A DNA stretch of 64,000 nt from an uncultured Gemmatimonadales bacterium (GTDB lineage Bacteria; Gemmatimonadota; Gemmatimonadetes; Gemmatimonadales; GWC2-71-9). Location of the stretch: NCBI GenBank assembly GCA_963771275.1, contig CAVYSW010000010.1, positions 704,001 through 768,000 on the forward strand. The letters run 5' to 3'. This document shows, piece after piece, positions 62,029 through 64,000 of this stretch (its first letter is position 1; each line of letters begins with the position of its first letter). The position numbers and the translations under genes are program-made. Under the pieces are notes generated by a model. The model saw only the letters and a list, made by a program, of their open reading frames with translations, did not search any database and was not told where the DNA came from.

Positions 62029-64000
62029 ATGCCCAAGATTCTCCTAGTTGACGACGAAGACCGCTTCCGCACTTCCCTGGCGGGACGCCTGCGCAAGCGC
62101 GGGCTGGACGTGCTCGACGTGCCCAACGGCGAGGACGCCATCAAGAAGACGCGGCAGGACGACGCGATCGAGATCGCGGTGATCGACCTCAAGATGCCGG
62201 GAATGGACGGCATCCAGACGCTGCGGGAGCTGAAGGCCGTCCGCCCTTCCCTCCAGGCCATCATGCTCACCGGGCACGGGACCCTGGACTCGGCCAAGGA
62301 CGCCGGACGCCACGACGCCTTCCGGTACCTGCAGAAGCCGTGCGACGTCGAGGATCTGGTGCAGGCCCTGGAGGCGGCCACCGAGGAGGTGGCCTATGCG
62401 AGGGCGCGCCACGAGATCCCGACCCGCGTCGAGAGTCGCTCGCTCTGGCGGCGCCTGATCGGCAGTCACAACTCGCGGCCCGGGTTCATCATCCTGGGTC
62501 TCGCGCTCTTCGCGGGCGTGGTCTACGGCCCCACGCCGGCCCGCCTGCTGCACCTGGTGAGCGCACCGAAAAGCGCCGTCGCCACCGCCACCGATGAAAT
62601 CGCGGGGTACGCCTCCTACCGGGAGATGGCCCCCGGACAGACTATCGCCGGTTACTACGGCAAGAAGAACAAGCTGGAGGAGACGACCACCGGCCCGGAT
62701 GGGAGCGCCGTGAAGGCCCCGTTGTCCCCCGCCGGGGCGGCGACCCGCGCCAAGGTGATGCTTGGAGTGATCCTGGTCGGGGCGCTGTTCTGGGCGACCG
62801 GCGCGGTCCCCGTGGCGGTGACGACGTTCTTCGTGGCCCTCGCCCTGTATTTCTACGACGTGTTCAAGCCGGATGTGATCGCCCAAGCGTTCGCCAAGGA
62901 CGCGGTCATCTTCATCTTCGGCGTCCTGGCGCTCGCCAAGGCGATCACCAAGACCGGCCTCGACCGGCGCATTGGCCTGCTGCTGCTGGCCCCGGCCAAG
63001 AACCTGCCGCTGCTGCTGCTGGTGTTCCTGCCGCTGTTCTCGGTCACGTGCTCGTTCATTTCCGAGCACGCGCTGGTGGCGTTCACCATGCCGCTGTTCG
63101 TCATGGTCTACGCCAGCGCCACCAAGGCGGCGGGCCTCAAGCGCGATCGCATGCTGATGGTGATGTTCGCCTTGGCCCTAGCCTACGCGGCCAACTCCGG
63201 CGGGCCGGGCTCGCCTGCCGCCGGCGGTCGCAACGCGATCATGGTCGGCATCCTGGCCGACTACGGCATCTCGCCTACCTTCGGCCAGTGGGTGCTGTAC
63301 GGCCTCCCGTTCGTGCCGGTGATGTCCTTCGTGGTCGGCCTGTACTTCCTGCTGGTGGTCCGGCCCCAGGCCCAGATCAAGACGCTCGACGTTTCCGCGG
63401 CGGTCCGCCGCGCGGCGGAGAAGATCGGGCCGATGACCCGGAGCGAGTACATCACGGCGGCCGTCTTCGGCCTCGTGATCGTCTTGTGGGTCACCTGCAG
63501 CGGATGGCTCGGCATGGGCGGGCCGGTGCTTGTGGGCCTGGTGCTGCTCAACGTGCTCCGCGTGCTCTCGTGGAAGGACATGCAGGGCATTCACTGGGAG
63601 GTCGTGTTGCTGTACGCCGGCGCGTGCGCCATCGGATCCGGACTGGCCGCAACCGGGGCCGCCCTCTACATGGCGGACGCCTTCGTGGGGCTCCTCCCCA
63701 CCTTCCTGGCGACGGGATCGGGCCTCGCGATCGCGTCCAGCCTGTTCACCGGCATCACCACCAACTTCATGAGCGATGGCGCGACCGTCGCGGCGATCGG
63801 GCCGGTCACCGTCCCGATGGCCACGGTGGCCCACGTGCACCCCTGGCTGGTCGGGCTCACCACGGCGTTCGCGTCGTCCTTTGCGCACACGATGATCATC
63901 GGGACGCCGTCCAACGCCCTGGCCTACGCCATGGCGAAGGACCCCGAAACCGGCGAGCAGCTGGTGACCCTCGGAGACTTCATGAAGCACGGGCTGGTCA
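62029..64000 (+). CDS. Response-regulator receiver domain fused to a DASS/SLC13 anion transporter; 3' end beyond the window
   Basis: Manual translation from ATG 62029 with no stop: MPKILLVDDE..IDLKMPGMDG..LTGHG..LQKP, continuing to ALFWATGAVP, TGLDRRIG, AANSGGPGSPAAGGRN, TFGQW, IIGTPSNALAY. Confidence 0.93.
   Translation, partial: MPKILLVDDEDRFRTSLAGRLRKRGLDVLDVPNGEDAIKKTRQDDAIEIAVIDLKMPGMDGIQTLRELKAVRPSLQAIMLTGHGTLDSAKDAGRHDAFRYLQKPCDVEDLVQALEAATEEVAYARARHEIPTRVESRSLWRRLIGSHNSRPGFIILGLALFAGVVYGPTPARLLHLVSAPKSAVATATDEIAGYASYREMAPGQTIAGYYGKKNKLEETTTGPDGSAVKAPLSPAGAATRAKVMLGVILVGALFWATGAVPVAVTTFFVALALYFYDVFKPDVIAQAFAKDAVIFIFGVLALAKAITKTGLDRRIGLLLLAPAKNLPLLLLVFLPLFSVTCSFISEHALVAFTMPLFVMVYASATKAAGLKRDRMLMVMFALALAYAANSGGPGSPAAGGRNAIMVGILADYGISPTFGQWVLYGLPFVPVMSFVVGLYFLLVVRPQAQIKTLDVSAAVRRAAEKIGPMTRSEYITAAVFGLVIVLWVTCSGWLGMGGPVLVGLVLLNVLRVLSWKDMQGIHWEVVLLYAGACAIGSGLAATGAALYMADAFVGLLPTFLATGSGLAIASSLFTGITTNFMSDGATVAAIGPVTVPMATVAHVHPWLVGLTTAFASSFAHTMIIGTPSNALAYAMAKDPETGEQLVTLGDFMKHGLV

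Noticed and set aside
62044..63990. Minus-strand ORFs 62044..63069 and 63178..63990
   Set aside because: Shadows of the plus-strand REC-DASS gene

Overview
High-GC (about 70%) bacterial chromosome segment. Gene content and protein style suggest Gemmatimonadota, but that is an inference. 1-20.1 kb: core housekeeping genes, almost all on the minus strand (pnp, rpsO, rseP, dxr, cdsA, frr, pyrH, tsf, rpsB, rpsI, rplM, an acyl-CoA carboxylase set interrupted by an RNA methyltransferase, rpsA, cmk, aroA, tyrA, TauE), plus one antisense Ser/Thr kinase. 20.6-41.2 kb: a tightly coupled operon headed by a giant (about 5,750 aa) Ig-like repeat surface protein that is split here by two single-base insertions. 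It is followed by a Zn-ribbon/pseudokinase/TM/PEGA protein, a secreted TPR-FlgD-like protein and a small predicted beta-barrel. 41.5-49.2 kb: a fermentative 2-oxoacid/acyl-CoA operon (ADP-forming acyl-CoA ligase, two fused 2-oxoacid:ferredoxin oxidoreductase genes, an atypical alanine dehydrogenase, a CoA-transferase). 49-59.5 kb: lipoprotein, PAP2, S9 peptidase, and a beta-oxidation operon with a divergent TetR/FadR regulator and visible operators. 59.7-64 kb: sensor kinase, CBS protein, and a receiver domain fused in frame to a DASS/SLC13 transporter that runs off the window and is missing from the ORF track. I saw no rRNA, tRNA, CRISPR or mobile element.
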